Assembly: GCA_029862125.1 (NCBI GenBank) | Contig: JAOTXY010000011.1 | Coordinates: 572 to 64,571, forward strand | Direction: 5' to 3' | Source of the DNA: Gammaproteobacteria bacterium | GTDB lineage: Bacteria; Pseudomonadota; Gammaproteobacteria; GCA-001735895 | Length of the DNA: 64,000 nucleotides | Shown: piece after piece, positions 23,597 to 33,454 of the stretch | Layout of the letters: each line of letters opens with the position of its first letter | Position numbering within the stretch: the first letter of the stretch is position 1 | Notes under the pieces: generated by a model | Told to the model about the DNA's origin: nothing | Databases searched by the model: none | The model's input: the letters and a program-made list of their open reading frames with translations, nothing else | Position numbers and translations under genes: made by a program

Positions 23597-25012
23597 ATGA
23601 ATTTTCTACCAGTTTTTTACAATATCTCGGACCAAGCCTGCCTCGTTGTCGGTGGCGGTGCGATTGCCGCGCGCAAGGCAGAACTGCTGTTAAAGGCAGA
23701 GGGCAGGGTGCGGGTAGTTACTATCGAGGTGGGCGATCGGTTGCGCGAACTGGCGACAACACAAGCACTGGAAATTGAGCAGCGAGCATTTGCAGAAACC
23801 GATCTCGAGGACGTAGTCTGTGTTATTGCGGCGACCGATAATGAAACAGTCAATGGTGAAATATCCCGGCTCGCGCAGGCCCGAAATATCCCGGTTAACG
23901 TTGTCGATAATCCCGACCTTTGCAGTTTTATCATGCCGTCGATGATCGATCGCGACCCGGTCCAGATCGCTATCTCCACGGGCGGGGTATCACCTGTGCT
24001 GGCACGCATGTTGCGATCCAAACTCGAGAGTTGTATTCCCGGAACCTATGGTGAGCTTGCCAGGTTAGCCGAGGAATACCGGGATGAAGTCAAGGCGAGT
24101 TTAACCGATGTGGATTCACGCCGACGATTCTGGGAATCAATTCTCGAGGGACAGGTTTCCGAACTGATCTTTTCCGGTAGAAGTGAAGACGCCCGTGTTT
24201 TATTGCGTGAACAGTTGCAGGAATTTAATGTCGGTACTGTGAAAGGGGAGGTTTACCTGGTGGGCGCCGGCCCGGGTGATCCGGACCTGATTACGTTCAA
24301 GGCTTTGCGCTTGATGCAAAAGGCCGATGTCGTGGTTTATGATCGCCTGGTATCGCCCCCGATCCTGGACATGGTGCGTCGCGATGCCGAGAAAATATAC
24401 GCCGGTAAGGCAAGTTCCAATCACGCGATTCCCCAGGAAAATATTAACCAGCTGCTGGTGCGACTGGCAAAAGAAGGTAAGCGCGTGTTGCGCTTGAAGG
24501 GTGGCGATCCATTCATCTTTGGCCGAGGCGGTGAAGAGCTCGCCGAACTGATCGATGAAAATATCGAGTTCCAGGTGGTGCCGGGCATCACCGCCGCATC
24601 GGGCTGCGCCAGCTATGCTGGTATACCGTTAACCCACCGTGATCACTCACAGGCCTGCATATTCGTGACCGGTCATCGTCGCGAGGGCAGTGATGATCTT
24701 AACTGGGAAATGCTGAGTCACGCCAACCAGACTGTTGTGTTTTACATGGGGCTTGAGAACGTTGAGCGCATCTGCAACTCGATGAAGACACACGGGCGTG
24801 CTGCCACCACCCCGGCAGCCCTGGTGGAAAAGGGTACCACCACGGAGCAACGCGTGTTCGTCGGTGATCTTGACAGCCTGCCAGGTATTATTGCAGAAAA
24901 CGAGGTACGTGCACCGACCCTTATCCTGGTTGGAGAAGTGGTTGCGTTGCATAAGCGGTTGGGCTGGTACAAATCGGGCAAGGAAATAAAACGATCGTTA
25001 CCTGGATTATAA
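23597..25012 (+). CDS. cysG: siroheme synthase
   Basis: N-terminal dehydrogenase/ferrochelatase (VVGGG, NVVD, AISTGG) fused to SUMT domain (GAGPGD, LKGGDPFIFGRGGEE). Confidence 0.97.
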   Translation: MNFLPVFYNISDQACLVVGGGAIAARKAELLLKAEGRVRVVTIEVGDRLRELATTQALEIEQRAFAETDLEDVVCVIAATDNETVNGEISRLAQARNIPVNVVDNPDLCSFIMPSMIDRDPVQIAISTGGVSPVLARMLRSKLESCIPGTYGELARLAEEYRDEVKASLTDVDSRRRFWESILEGQVSELIFSGRSEDARVLLREQLQEFNVGTVKGEVYLVGAGPGDPDLITFKALRLMQKADVVVYDRLVSPPILDMVRRDAEKIYAGKASSNHAIPQENINQLLVRLAKEGKRVLRLKGGDPFIFGRGGEELAELIDENIEFQVVPGITAASGCASYAGIPLTHRDHSQACIFVTGHRREGSDDLNWEMLSHANQTVVFYMGLENVERICNSMKTHGRAATTPAALVEKGTTTEQRVFVGDLDSLPGIIAENEVRAPTLILVGEVVALHKRLGWYKSGKEIKRSLPGL

Positions 25013-25248
25013 GGGCCTAATAGCGCAATTTTCCTGTAGCCAGGGCCCCGCTCTACAACGAAATGATTGAATCAGTTGGTGGAACATTTCACGGCCGTTA
25101 AAGCAGAAGATTTCCCGCGAAATCAAGGTCTTGAACACATCTGTTCAGTTTAAACCTGCCCTGGATCACACAATTAGTAAAAAGCCAGAATATTGACGGT
25201 TATGACCTAGACTTAGGATTGGTGTGTAACAGCTATCGATTGAACATT

Positions 25249-26253
25249 ATGCGTGTATTATCCGTGCCCCTGGGCCTGATTTTCTTTATCGTCAGTACTA
25301 TCTACCCAGGCCAGGCAAACGAGCTGCAATTCTTCCGAATAGGTACCGGCGGTATCGCGGGGACTTACTACCCGATCGGCGGTATGATTGCCAGTGCGGT
25401 CAGCAACCCGCCGGGATCGCGCCCCTGCGATCAGGGTGGGAGTTGCGGCCCACCCGGTCTGGTGGTGATCGCCCAGTCGGCAAATGGTTCGGTGTCGAAC
25501 GTCAGGGGTATGGAGATGGGTCACCTCGAATCTGGATTCGTGCAATCGGATATCGCTTACTGGGCCTATACCGGAACCGGAACTTTTAAAGGCGAAAGGC
25601 CCTTTCGACAGCTTCGTGCCATTGCTAATTTATATCCCGAAAGCATTCATATCGTAACACGCAAGGATGCGGGTATTCGCAGCGTTCGTGGCCTGGTCGG
25701 CAAACGCGTTTCGCTCGATGAGCCCGGTTCGGGTACCTTGATTGACGCCGAGCTTGTATTGAGCGCGTACGGCATTTCCAAGAATGATATTCGGGTTGAA
25801 TATACCAAGCCGGACCTGGCTGTCAGGAGAATCAAGGACAACAAGCTGGATGCCTTCTTTATCGTGGCCGGTTATCCGGCTCGGGCAGTGGCAGAACTGG
25901 CACAAGATACCGGTATTAATTTAATTCCCATTAATGGTCCCGAAGCGGATCAGCTGGTCTCTTCGCATCGATTTTTTTCTCGAGCTGACATCCCGGGTGG
26001 GGTATATTCGGGTGTTTCACGGGTCGAGACAGTGAGTGTCGGCGCACAATGGCTGGTCGCGTCGACCATGGAAGAAGAAATGATTTACCAGATAACCAAA
26101 ACATTGTGGAATCAGAATTCCCGGAAATTGCTGGATAGTGGTCATGCCAAAGGTCGCTACATTACCATTGAGTCGGCAATGGATGGTATCGCGGTGCCGC
26201 TGCACCCGGGGGCCAGGCGGTTCTACGAAGAAATCGGCATGTCGAAGGAATAA
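25249..26253 (+). CDS. TAXI family TRAP solute-binding protein
   Basis: IGTGGIAGTYYPIG, GSVSNV, QSDIAYWA, LYPESIH, VPLHPGARRFY; signal-like N-terminus from ATG 25249. Confidence 0.92.
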   Translation: MRVLSVPLGLIFFIVSTIYPGQANELQFFRIGTGGIAGTYYPIGGMIASAVSNPPGSRPCDQGGSCGPPGLVVIAQSANGSVSNVRGMEMGHLESGFVQSDIAYWAYTGTGTFKGERPFRQLRAIANLYPESIHIVTRKDAGIRSVRGLVGKRVSLDEPGSGTLIDAELVLSAYGISKNDIRVEYTKPDLAVRRIKDNKLDAFFIVAGYPARAVAELAQDTGINLIPINGPEADQLVSSHRFFSRADIPGGVYSGVSRVETVSVGAQWLVASTMEEEMIYQITKTLWNQNSRKLLDSGHAKGRYITIESAMDGIAVPLHPGARRFYEEIGMSKE

Positions 26254-26304
26254 TTCAGTTTTGCCCAGGGACACCGTAATAATTGTGCTCGCAGGTATTG
26301 GTTA

Positions 26305-28308
26305 ATGAGGATTTTAATCAATAAACTGTTAATGCGTCCGGCGATACCCTTCGCGCTGGTGTTGCTGCTTTTGGTCGGTACCTCCAGTGTTATTTTCTAC
26401 GTCGAAAGAACACTTTCGGAAATAGAGGAAGCGCTACCGATAACCCTGTCCAAGCAGGAGCGCGATATCCGTGTACTCGTCAGCGATATGGGTACATTGT
26501 TGCAGAGTATTGGCATCGCGCGCACCAACCGGGCACCCGGAAATTTCAGCATCGTGCTCAGGCAGATCGACGAAATGCAAATGCACCTCGAGGTAATCAG
26601 GGAGAGCTATCGATTTAACGATGTACTGGGAGCGTCAGCGATCCATGCCAAACTCAATCCAGCCATCTTCGATATCCATACCTGGCTGACCAAGGGGCTT
26701 TATAATTTTGAGCCGACCTCTGCCCAAACCTTGAAAATTGCTGAAATGCGAGCCAAGGAAGCGCATTCGGAAGCCGAGATCTTGCTGTTACAGGTGGGTA
26801 AAACGGCAATTGATGTACTGACCGCGCAGGCGGACAGGATAGACGGTTTTCGAAATATTATGATCTTAACTCTCGCGGTCCTGACGATTATGACCGTGGG
26901 ACTGGTAATGCTGGGGTTCCGACTGCAAAAGAGCGTGCTGGCCCTGAAAGACAGCGAGGAGCAGATTCGCTACCGGGCGAATTATGATTCCTTAACCGAT
27001 TTACCCAACCGCCTGAATTTCATTGAGCACCTTAGCGAAGCAGTATCCCGCAGCCGACGCAACCCGGGTCATACCGCGTTGATGTTTATCGATCTCGATC
27101 GCTTCAAAACCATTAACGATACGCTCGGTCATGATTTCGGGGATGAACTGATCAAGCAGGTCGCGATCAGAATTAGAGAGGTGATTCGTGAAACCGATGT
27201 TGTGTCACGACTCGGAGGGGATGAATTTACCGTGTTGCTGCCCGATATGACGGATGAGATACATGCTTCTATCATTGCCAAAAATATCCTTGCGAGCCTG
27301 GCGGAACCCTTCATGTTGTATGGCCACGAGGTTTACTCAAGTGCCAGTATCGGCATTACGATATCTCCGGATGACGGTGAGGATGCAAATACACTGTTGA
27401 AAAATGCTGATATGGCCATGTACGAGGCCAAGGACCAGGGGCGTAATACGTTTCGTTTCTTTACCTCGCAAATGACTGACCGGGCAAGGCATTTTCTCGA
27501 GCTCGACAAGGACATGCGCAGGGCCCTGTCACAGAACGAACTCCAGGTATATTTTCAACCGATATACGAGCTCCGCAAGCATTCCCTGATAGGAGTTGAA
27601 GCATTACTTCGCTGGCAACATCCTAAAAGAGGACTGATATTACCGGCAGAATTTATTCCCGTGGCCGAGGAAACCGGCCTGATTGAGGAAATTGGACTGT
27701 GGGTATTGCGTAGTGCCTGTAGCGAGGGGTTAGAATGGCTGGACCAGGATTTACATCCCGGTTTTTATCTTGCGGTGAACATATCGATGCGCCAGTTCAA
27801 AGGTGGATTCGACAAAAAGCAAATGCAACAAATTCTGCAGGAGACAGGCTTCCCGGCAGACAAGCTGTTACTCGAAATTACCGAGTCGTTGCTGATGGAT
27901 GAAGATATACGAATTAAGGATGTGCTGGCCGAGTTTCGGGGTATGGGAATCAGGTTGGCAGTCGACGATTTTGGCACCGGTTACTCGGCGTTAAGTTACC
28001 TCAGGGAATTCCCGGTCAATACGCTGAAAATAGACCGTTCCTTTATTCATGATATCGGTGCAAGCGACAGTCATCGGCGTCTGGTCGAAGCAATCATTAC
28101 GATGGCGCATGGCCTGGATTTGATGACGATTGCGGAAGGCGTGGAGACATCCGAACAGGACGCCCTGTTGTCCGAACTAAACTGCGATATGGGGCAGGGG
28201 TATTTCTACTGTAAACCGGTTTCCATTGACAATATTAAGCATCTAACCACTAACAAGAAGCCGCGCCTGGTATTGTTTGATCCCGCCAAAAAAAGCACAA
28301 AGAGCTGA
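26305..28308 (+). CDS. membrane GGDEF-EAL protein with periplasmic sensor domain
   Basis: Two TM segments flanking about 150 aa; YDSLTDLPNR, RETD I-site, GGDEF, EAL, DDFGTGYS, AEGVET. Confidence 0.95.
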   Translation: MRILINKLLMRPAIPFALVLLLLVGTSSVIFYVERTLSEIEEALPITLSKQERDIRVLVSDMGTLLQSIGIARTNRAPGNFSIVLRQIDEMQMHLEVIRESYRFNDVLGASAIHAKLNPAIFDIHTWLTKGLYNFEPTSAQTLKIAEMRAKEAHSEAEILLLQVGKTAIDVLTAQADRIDGFRNIMILTLAVLTIMTVGLVMLGFRLQKSVLALKDSEEQIRYRANYDSLTDLPNRLNFIEHLSEAVSRSRRNPGHTALMFIDLDRFKTINDTLGHDFGDELIKQVAIRIREVIRETDVVSRLGGDEFTVLLPDMTDEIHASIIAKNILASLAEPFMLYGHEVYSSASIGITISPDDGEDANTLLKNADMAMYEAKDQGRNTFRFFTSQMTDRARHFLELDKDMRRALSQNELQVYFQPIYELRKHSLIGVEALLRWQHPKRGLILPAEFIPVAEETGLIEEIGLWVLRSACSEGLEWLDQDLHPGFYLAVNISMRQFKGGFDKKQMQQILQETGFPADKLLLEITESLLMDEDIRIKDVLAEFRGMGIRLAVDDFGTGYSALSYLREFPVNTLKIDRSFIHDIGASDSHRRLVEAIITMAHGLDLMTIAEGVETSEQDALLSELNCDMGQGYFYCKPVSIDNIKHLTTNKKPRLVLFDPAKKSTKS

Positions 28309-28352
28309 AGCGCCCGGATTGCCGGTAAATGTTGTTGTCCTGAAAGAAATCT

Positions 28353-28937
28353 CTAGTCGAGGTCGTTTAGTAACGAGGCCCGGGTTTCACCGACAATATT
28401 CAGATCATAGCTGTAGACTGGATGTTGAACTCCAATGTCCCATTTCGCGCCTGCTTTTAATTCATGTGCCATTTCATCACTGATTTCGAAGCGCACAAAG
28501 TGCACGGCGGATGTCTTGGTATCGGTGGCTCTCTCTAAATCCTCGTCCGCGATAGACCAGATTTTGTCGTGCTCTCCTACCTGCATCCACAGCAGATCTT
28601 CGATACCCAGCAGTTTTTCGAGTTGAGCCGCGCGAATAACCGGGTCGGGATACTCGATCATGAATGTGGCCTTGAAATTGCGCCCACCCGGAACCAGCGG
28701 GTTATAGGCTTCCAGCTCTTCATTGATACCATCGGCTTCAAACACTTTCTCGATGCGCAGCATTTCCTGGATCTGGTAGAGCAGGGTAAGCCGATCTTCA
28801 AAATAGAGGGTCGCGTTTGGACCGAGCGCTACCTGGCGGTGCTTTTTGTGCAATAACACCTGCTGACGGAACTCGCCGCGTTTTTCGGCATACTGCTCCA
28901 GGCTCATTAAATCGTCGCGAGTGATAGGATTACTCAT
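28353..28937 (-). CDS. DUF3501 family protein
   Basis: FEDRLTLLYQIQEMLRIE, AYNPLVP, KTSAVHFVRF; start placed at ATG 28937. Confidence 0.88.
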   Translation of the reverse strand: MSNPITRDDLMSLEQYAEKRGEFRQQVLLHKKHRQVALGPNATLYFEDRLTLLYQIQEMLRIEKVFEADGINEELEAYNPLVPGGRNFKATFMIEYPDPVIRAAQLEKLLGIEDLLWMQVGEHDKIWSIADEDLERATDTKTSAVHFVRFEISDEMAHELKAGAKWDIGVQHPVYSYDLNIVGETRASLLNDLD

Positions 28938-28951
28938 AGTCGTTTCCATCA

Positions 28952-30289
28952 TCAAATTCCGTAGGCCTGTCGTAACAGGCTGATAGGGTGCTGGGTGCTG
29001 CTGCCATCGTCGAGCCCGGCAGAAATATGGTGGCCGGCCATGGGGCAGTCACTGGCGTAGGCGTCAGGCTCTGCTTTTTGCACGCGATTGACCACGGGTC
29101 TGGCGATCTTCATTGACGCCTGGTGAAATTCCTGCTTGATCGCGTAGGTACCATCATGTCCCGAGCAGCGCTCGATCGTGTCGATCTCGGTACCGGGGAT
29201 TAACGCCAGTATGTCGCGTGTTTTCATGCCAATACGTTGCACCCGTTGATGACATGCAACGTGGTAACTGATCTTGCCGATACTATTTTGAAAATCGGTT
29301 TTGAGCAATCCCGCCTTGTTACGCAACGCCAGGTATTCGAAGGGATCGAAAAAAGCTGCCTGTACCTTTGACACTGCTGCATCCTCGGGGAACATCAGCG
29401 GCAATTCCTGTTTGAACTGCAGGGTACAGGAGGGAACCGGTGAAATAATATCCCAGCCCTCGTTAACCAGCCTGGCCAGCAGCGGTATATTGTGATTTTT
29501 TAATATTTCGACCGCGTCAAGATCACCCAGCTCCAGTTTTGGCATACCGCAGCAAACCGTATTCTTTACCACCATGGTGGGGATGCCGTTATGTTCGAAA
29601 ACTGCAAGCAGGTCTTCGCCCAGCAGGGGTTCGTTATACTCGCCGTAACAGGTGGCGAAGATAGCGACCTTGCCGCTGGTTTTATCGGTGGCCTGGATTT
29701 CGACATCGGCGGGTTTGTGCGCGGAGGTGCGCTTGCTCAGGGTTTTACTGTCGTACCTGGGCAAACGTGCCTCGGCCGCGATCCCGAGTGAAGACTCCAG
29801 TAGCGCACGGGTGTGTTCGTTGTTGTTAACAGCGTTGACCAGGTTGACCACGACAGGGATGCTGGCAAGACTGCCGATGCGATCGGTTGAAGTGACCAGC
29901 TTGTCGCGCAGCTTGGTGCGGCCCTGTTTGTAACCGATTGCCTTGGCGCGCAACATCAGGTGCGGAAAGTCAACGTTCCATTCATGGGGTGGAACATAAG
30001 GGCACTTGGTCAGGTAGCAGAGGTCGCAGAGATAGCACTGGTCGACAACTTTCCAGTAATCTGCCTTGTCGACTCCGTCGACCTCGAAGGTCTCGGATTC
30101 ATCGACCAGGTCGAACAGGGTCGGGAATGCGTTGCACAGGCTGACACAGCGGCGACAGCCGTGGCAAATATCGTAGACACGCTCAAGCTCTTCGAAGAGT
30201 GCTCCCGCATCGTAAAAACCAGGGTCATTTTGGCCGAGCGGATGACGGGTAGGCGCCTCGAGACTACCCTCGCGAGATTCAGTTGCCAT
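28952..30289 (-). CDS. Fe-S oxidoreductase (HdrD/GlpC-like; rubrerythrin-associated)
   Basis: CHGCRRCVSLC, CYLCDLCYLTKCPY, CCG domains (CCGMP, CSGHDGT). Confidence 0.9.
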   Translation of the reverse strand: MATESREGSLEAPTRHPLGQNDPGFYDAGALFEELERVYDICHGCRRCVSLCNAFPTLFDLVDESETFEVDGVDKADYWKVVDQCYLCDLCYLTKCPYVPPHEWNVDFPHLMLRAKAIGYKQGRTKLRDKLVTSTDRIGSLASIPVVVNLVNAVNNNEHTRALLESSLGIAAEARLPRYDSKTLSKRTSAHKPADVEIQATDKTSGKVAIFATCYGEYNEPLLGEDLLAVFEHNGIPTMVVKNTVCCGMPKLELGDLDAVEILKNHNIPLLARLVNEGWDIISPVPSCTLQFKQELPLMFPEDAAVSKVQAAFFDPFEYLALRNKAGLLKTDFQNSIGKISYHVACHQRVQRIGMKTRDILALIPGTEIDTIERCSGHDGTYAIKQEFHQASMKIARPVVNRVQKAEPDAYASDCPMAGHHISAGLDDGSSTQHPISLLRQAYGI

Positions 30290-30305
30290 CTATGTTCCGT
30301 TGAAT

Positions 30306-30335
30306 GAAATCCGGATCCCGAAGGATCCGGATTTC
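30306..30335 (-). other. perfect 13-bp intercistronic hairpin with cUUCGg tetraloop
   Basis: Minus strand reads GAAATCCGGATCC-TTCG-GGATCCGGATTTC between the rubrerythrin stop and the oxidoreductase start. Confidence 0.85.
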
Positions 30336-30343
30336 GAGGAGGA

Positions 30344-30763
30344 TTAAGCGTCGAGGTTATCGAGTGCTTTCTGGAAGCGATTAGCGTGCGAACGCTCTGC
30401 TTTTGCCAGCGTTTCAAACCAGTCGGCGATTTCGTCAAAACCTTCGTCGCGAGCAGATTTTGCCATGCCCGGATACATGTCTGTGTATTCGTGGGTTTCC
30501 CCGGCAATCGAAGCTTTCAGATTTTGCTCAGTGCTGCCAATGGGCAGGCCGGTTGCAGGATCACCAACTTCCTCGAGGTACTCCAGGTGTCCGTGTGCAT
30601 GGCCGGTTTCACCCTCAGCTGTAGAGCGGAACACTGCTGACACGTCATTAAAGCCTTCAACGTCGGCCTTGGCGGCAAAATACAGATAACGGCGATTAGC
30701 CTGTGATTCACCAGCAAAAGCGTCTTTCAGGTTTTGTTCGGTTTTAGATCCTTTCAGGGACAT
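30344..30763 (-). CDS. rbr: rubrerythrin, short aerobic type lacking the rubredoxin domain
   Basis: [36 protein letters not shown]; ends without CxxC; start ATG 30763 with GGAGG upstream. Confidence 0.93.
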   Translation of the reverse strand: MSLKGSKTEQNLKDAFAGESQANRRYLYFAAKADVEGFNDVSAVFRSTAEGETGHAHGHLEYLEEVGDPATGLPIGSTEQNLKASIAGETHEYTDMYPGMAKSARDEGFDEIADWFETLAKAERSHANRFQKALDNLDA

Positions 30764-30829
30764 GATGCCTCCAGTTGAGTTATTTAACATTTCGGAGGGG
30801 CATAGTAGCAATTCTGTTGTATAAATGAA

Positions 30830-30866
30830 GTTAATTTTGTTTATACAATTAATTGAATTTAACTAT
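30830..30866 (-). promoter_or_regulatory. possible OxyR-type operator upstream of rubrerythrin
   Basis: Minus strand ATAG-N7-CAAT-N7-ATAA-N7-TAAC, matching OxyR spacing (ATAG-N7-CTAT-N7-ATAG-N7-CTAT) in an AT-rich tract. Confidence 0.35.
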
Positions 30867-30877
30867 TTAAGAGATAT

Positions 30878-30907
30878 AAAAAAAACCACCGAGATGGTGG
30901 TTTTTTT
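30878..30907 (-). terminator. intrinsic terminator (potentially bidirectional)
   Basis: A8-CCACC-GAGAT-GGTGG-T7, just downstream of the minus-strand 64-aa ORF. Confidence 0.8.
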
Positions 30908-30921
30908 CAAGCTGAACAAGC

Positions 30922-31116
30922 TCAGTTTCCGTTATACTTTTTATAGTGCTGAAGCCTGTGTTCGGCTGGGTTTTGCAAATACAAATCGCGGTTAATTTCA
31001 GACTCAAAATAAATTACCAGGCTGTCGTCATTATCGTTTTCAATGACGTACGGCATGTCGACTAAATGCTCCACTGTTTTTCCGGTAATTGGGTCGGTAG
31101 TTTCAATGCGATACAT
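30922..31116 (-). CDS. small YHS/TRASH-like protein lacking cysteines (64 aa)
   Basis: MYRIETTDPITGKTV...LVIYFESEINRDLY; G-rich RBS upstream of ATG 31116; own terminator downstream. Confidence 0.65.
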   Translation of the reverse strand: MYRIETTDPITGKTVEHLVDMPYVIENDNDDSLVIYFESEINRDLYLQNPAEHRLQHYKKYNGN

Positions 31117-31300
31117 TATCAAGACCCCCGTTTTGACAAATAGCGAAATATATATATAGACGTTTTTTCGAACTTTGAAAAGGATAAATGGTGAATATTT
31201 CGGGATTAATTTTGTTTTCACCGAGTAATCAAAAGATTATCCTAGCAAGCTGACAAGACGGGTAAACTGCCCAGAATAAACTACTGATTGAAGGACATTT

Positions 31301-32302
31301 ATGAAAAAATTTGATGTATACGCGATTGGCAATGCACTGGTCGATATCGAGTATCACGCCACAGCCCACAAGCTTCTGGAGCTGAATATTGATAAGGGTG
31401 TCATGACGCTTATCGATGAACAACGTCAGAACAGCCTGATAGCTCAACTCGGTGAGTCGCACGAAAGCATGGCCTGCGGGGGTTCGGCGGCGAACACGAT
31501 TATTGCGCTCGCGCAAATGGGTGCCAGAACCCATCTTGACTGCCGCGTATCAAATGATATGACCGGGCAGGTATTTGCCCGGGATCTGCATGATTCGGGT
31601 GTCAATTCGAATCTCGATTTCAAGCCTCTTCCGCCCGGGATTACTGGCAAGTGCCTGGTGTTTGTCACCCCTGACGCCGACCGCACCATGAATACCTTTC
31701 TCGGGGTGAGTGCCGATCTCGATACAGATGACATCGACACCGAGGCGATTAAAATGTCCGAATACATCTATATCGAGGGATACCTGGCGAGTGACGACAG
31801 TACCCGGGATGCTGCCATTGAAGCACGCAGAATCGCCGAATCCCATGATGTCAAAACCTCTTTGACGCTCTCGGACCCTAACATGGTCAAGTTTTTTCGC
31901 GAATCGATCGAGGCCATGATCGGTGATCGAGTCGACCTGCTGTTTGCCAACGAGGACGAAGCCATGGAGTTGGCCGGAACCGTTAATCTTGATGAAGCCG
32001 TGCAGCTGTTCAAGAAAATATCGCGCAGTTTCGCGATTACACGGGGCAAGGACGGAGCCTTGCTGTTCGACGGTGTCGCGCTAATCGAAATCCAGCCTAA
32101 ACCGGTGCAGGCTGTCGATACGCTGGGTGCAGGTGACATGTTTGCCGGTGCTTTTCTATACGGGTTATCCGAGGGTATGAGTTTTCACCAGTCCGGGGAC
32201 CTGGCATCACTGGCGTCGGCAAAGATTGTTACCCAGTTCGGCCCACGCCTCAGGGCAAAGCAGACCAGGACCTTGCTGAAATCATTTACTACTGGCAATT
32301 GA
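31301..32302 (+). CDS. PfkB-family kinase (adenosine kinase-like)
   Basis: GNALVD, GGSAANT, DADRTMNTFLG, FANEDE, DTLGAGDMFAG. Confidence 0.92.
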   Translation: MKKFDVYAIGNALVDIEYHATAHKLLELNIDKGVMTLIDEQRQNSLIAQLGESHESMACGGSAANTIIALAQMGARTHLDCRVSNDMTGQVFARDLHDSGVNSNLDFKPLPPGITGKCLVFVTPDADRTMNTFLGVSADLDTDDIDTEAIKMSEYIYIEGYLASDDSTRDAAIEARRIAESHDVKTSLTLSDPNMVKFFRESIEAMIGDRVDLLFANEDEAMELAGTVNLDEAVQLFKKISRSFAITRGKDGALLFDGVALIEIQPKPVQAVDTLGAGDMFAGAFLYGLSEGMSFHQSGDLASLASAKIVTQFGPRLRAKQTRTLLKSFTTGN

Positions 32303-32365
32303 GCCTTCAATAGTTAAGAATATCGCCTTTTTTCAAATAGATAGCTGTATCGGAAAGACACCAAC

Positions 32366-33430
32366 ATGACCATGCCTCAAACCAAAGACCTGCGCATCAT
32401 CGGCACCAAGGAAATTCAAACTCCGGAGGCGCTGATGCAGGAACTGCCCTTGACGGAGCAGGCCGCGAACACGGTTGCCGAAACGCGTCAACAAATTTAC
32501 GACGTGCTGGACGGTAAGGACGATCGCCTGGTGGTCATTATCGGCCCCTGCTCGATTCACGATACCGATGCGGCGCATGAATATGCCGATCGTTTGCGTA
32601 AGCTGATGGATGAACTCAAGGGCGAACTGATTATCGTCATGCGGGTTTATTTTGAAAAACCCCGTACCACGGTCGGCTGGAAAGGCCTGATTAACGATCC
32701 CGACCTGGACGGCAGTTTCCATATCAACAAGGGCGTGCGCAAGGCACGTGAACTGCTGCTGAGTCTCGCTGATAAAGGTGTACCCGCCGGGCACGAGTAC
32801 CTTGACCTGATCAGTCCGCAATACATTTCCGACCTGGTCTGCTGGGGCGCTATCGGCGCACGCACAACCGAAAGCCAGGGACACCGTGAACTGGCCTCGG
32901 GTCTTTCCTGCCCGGTAGGATTTAAAAATGGCACTGACGGCGGCGTACAGGTTGCGATAGACGCGATGGGCGCCGCCCAGGGCTCACACCATTTCATCTC
33001 GATTACACTGCAAGGACATTCGGCTATTTTTACCACCGCCGGCAATGACTACACCCATGTTATTTTGCGTGGTGGCAGTGACCGCCCCAATTATGATCGC
33101 GTCAGCGTGGCCGGTGTGACTGCAAGGCTTGAATCATCCGGGCTGAATCCCCGCCTGATGATCGATACCAGCCATGCCAATAGTCAAAAACAGTTTCACA
33201 AGCAGGTCGAAGTCTGCCGTGACATCATCCATCAAATCAAAACCGGCCAGGACAATATCTTTGGCCTGATGATTGAATCGCATCTGATCGAAGGACGGCA
33301 GGATTTTGCGGAGGGCGCTAAACTGACTTATGGCCAGAGTATTACCGATGCCTGTATTGGATGGGAGGATTCAGCGAAATTGCTGCACGAACTTGCCGAT
33401 GCGGTCAAGGCCAAGCGGAAACAAGGATAA
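32366..33430 (+). CDS. aroG: class I DAHP synthase
   Basis: GPCSIHD, RVYFEKPRTTVGWKG, IGARTTESQ, FKNGTDG, DTSHANS. Confidence 0.95.
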   Translation: MTMPQTKDLRIIGTKEIQTPEALMQELPLTEQAANTVAETRQQIYDVLDGKDDRLVVIIGPCSIHDTDAAHEYADRLRKLMDELKGELIIVMRVYFEKPRTTVGWKGLINDPDLDGSFHINKGVRKARELLLSLADKGVPAGHEYLDLISPQYISDLVCWGAIGARTTESQGHRELASGLSCPVGFKNGTDGGVQVAIDAMGAAQGSHHFISITLQGHSAIFTTAGNDYTHVILRGGSDRPNYDRVSVAGVTARLESSGLNPRLMIDTSHANSQKQFHKQVEVCRDIIHQIKTGQDNIFGLMIESHLIEGRQDFAEGAKLTYGQSITDACIGWEDSAKLLHELADAVKAKRKQG

Positions 33431-33454
33431 TCGCGGAGCTGAAGCGGCGCGGCG

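Noticed and set aside
24000-24014. Perfect sigma54 motif TGGCACGCATGTTGC
   Set aside because: Inside the cysG coding region, encoding the conserved LARMLR, with no plausible target gene nearby.
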